Assembly (NCBI GenBank): GCA_028534125.1
Contig: CM052816.1
Coordinates: forward strand, 19,036,001-19,100,000
Origin: Lama glama
Lineage: Eukaryota
Direction: 5' to 3'
DNA length: 64,000 bases
Of the stretch, positions 62,601-64,000 are shown one piece after another (positions within the stretch are counted from its first letter, which is position 1; each line of letters begins with the position of its first letter). Below the pieces are notes generated by a model. It worked only from the letters and a program-made list of their open reading frames with translations. It was not told the DNA's origin and ran no database searches. Both the position numbers and the translations under genes were made by a program.

Positions 62601-64000
62601 ATGACACAGAAATGACACCCAGACCCAGCTCTTTACAGGGAGCTGAAACACTCCTCACCCCGCTCCATACACCTCTCCAGTCCCTCCACATCCACCTCCT
62701 GGTCACTCCCAGGTGGCTCCAGTCTGGCATCCCTGAGTCCAGGCTGAGTCAGCAGCAAAGTGAGCACAGTCCTTGAAATTTCCGAAATGTAGAAACTCAG
62801 GCTATTGGAAATTTCACACAATGTGAAAGTGTGGGGGTGGGGCAGGGGAAAGCTAGTGGAAGTCAGGGGGAGCTCCTGGAGAATCGATCTTCAGATTTCT
62901 CAGCAGTAAGTGCTGCTTAGAGTTCGCTGCATTGCTTTACTTCCTTGTGTTACATACTGCCTGTCCCTACCCAAATCAGAGGCCACCACACACAGGGAGT
63001 CCTAGGGACCCCTCCCACCCTTCAGGTCTTTGCATTCATCACCACCATCTTCCCTGCACAAGAAAAGCTAGGGCAGCACTGCCAAAAATAAAAAGACCAC
63101 ATCCCTCTTCCTCCACCCTCATCAACGGCCACTGTGCCTTCCCGTGGGGAGAGCCTCCACCAATACCCCAGGCAGGAAGAGGAAGCAGGCCACCTCCACC
63201 TTCCTGAGAAACCAGAATTTCAAACGATCTTCTTGCCAAAGGGGTGGCTTAGGGCAGTACTGTGGGTTTCTCTCTGTCTGTCTGTCTCTCTCTTTTAATG
63301 AGGGCCAGATAAGGGATTCTAAGCATATTATGGGGGAAAAGGTTGCAGTCCACCAACCTCCTCTGTATATTGTGGCTCTGTAGATACTGATGACCCCATG
63401 TTTCCCTGTGGCCTCAGAAAGTGGAGGAAAACTGGGGAGGCACGGGGGTGGTAAAGGCAGGAAGCCAGCCAAGTGGGCTGTAAGTCAGCAGTGCCAGCTG
63501 CCCCTCTCCAGACTTCCTGCCACATGGGCTCCAGCCCAGCACCAGCCATGGCTGGCTCTCCTTCCTGTGCCCTTACTCCCAGGGTCTGTCCTCCTGTTCG
63601 TCAGACTCCTGCTTCGCTTCTCCACAGGTGGGAGTTGGACAGCAGCATTGTAGATGTGCTGCCTCCCACGTTAACGTGGGAGAAGGCAGGCCAAGCTAGG
63701 CTCGCGTCTGCATTCTTGGCTCCTGGGGCATCCCAAGCACCCTTTTTCGCTTGGCCACACTAGGCTTTCTCCTCTGGACATTGGGACACACAGCCACCGT
63801 CAATTATAAGGAAGCTTCAGTGAAACTGCCAGGTCGGCCTGTACCCAGGCCATATGGGGAACCACCCTATTGTGACTAATGGGTGAGGGTGGGAAACATA
63901 CTGATTATCTCTTCTTCCTCTCTGGGCCTCACTCTCATGACTTGCAGATGTGACATTCAAGGCGAGGGACCCCTGTGGCCTGGGAGCATCTAGTAGTCAG

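Noticed and set aside
45304..64000. Further MACROH2A1 coding exons or a nested gene
   Set aside because: No H2A- or macro-domain-like peptide in the ORF track or by eye; the short ORFs look like chance.
1..64000. CRISPR array, operon, phage or other prokaryote-type system
   Set aside because: The sequence is mammalian with spliced genes and LINE/SINE relics; no repeat-spacer array or gene-dense segment is present.

Overview
Mammalian genomic DNA, very probably from a camelid (alpaca or camel), judged from a Vic-1-type tRNA-derived SINE and camelid-type L1 3' ends. The window is syntenic to human 5q31.1. On the + strand it holds the single coding exon of TIFAB (1617-2249) and a disabled sequence matching human DCANP1/C5orf20 (about 3181-3880). 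About 30 kb of intergenic DNA follows, with motif-dense enhancer-like blocks, many nested transposon relics and a 500-N gap. The 5' end of MACROH2A1 (H2AFY) comes next: CpG-island promoter, non-coding exon 1 (about 35025-35206), first coding exon (45099-45303) and about 18.7 kb of intron 2; exon 3 lies beyond the window. I found no convincing new multi-gene system. The best leads are the stop-ridden DCANP1 ortholog (de novo gene birth), a 49-aa TIFAB C-terminal extension, PITX/HOX-motif blocks that may be the PITX1 limb enhancer, a TCF/LEF cluster between inverted Charlie1 copies, and a CpG-rich TTACGGC repeat with a hairpin. Human sequence comparisons and repeat family names come from memory and need alignment; repeat boundaries are approximate.
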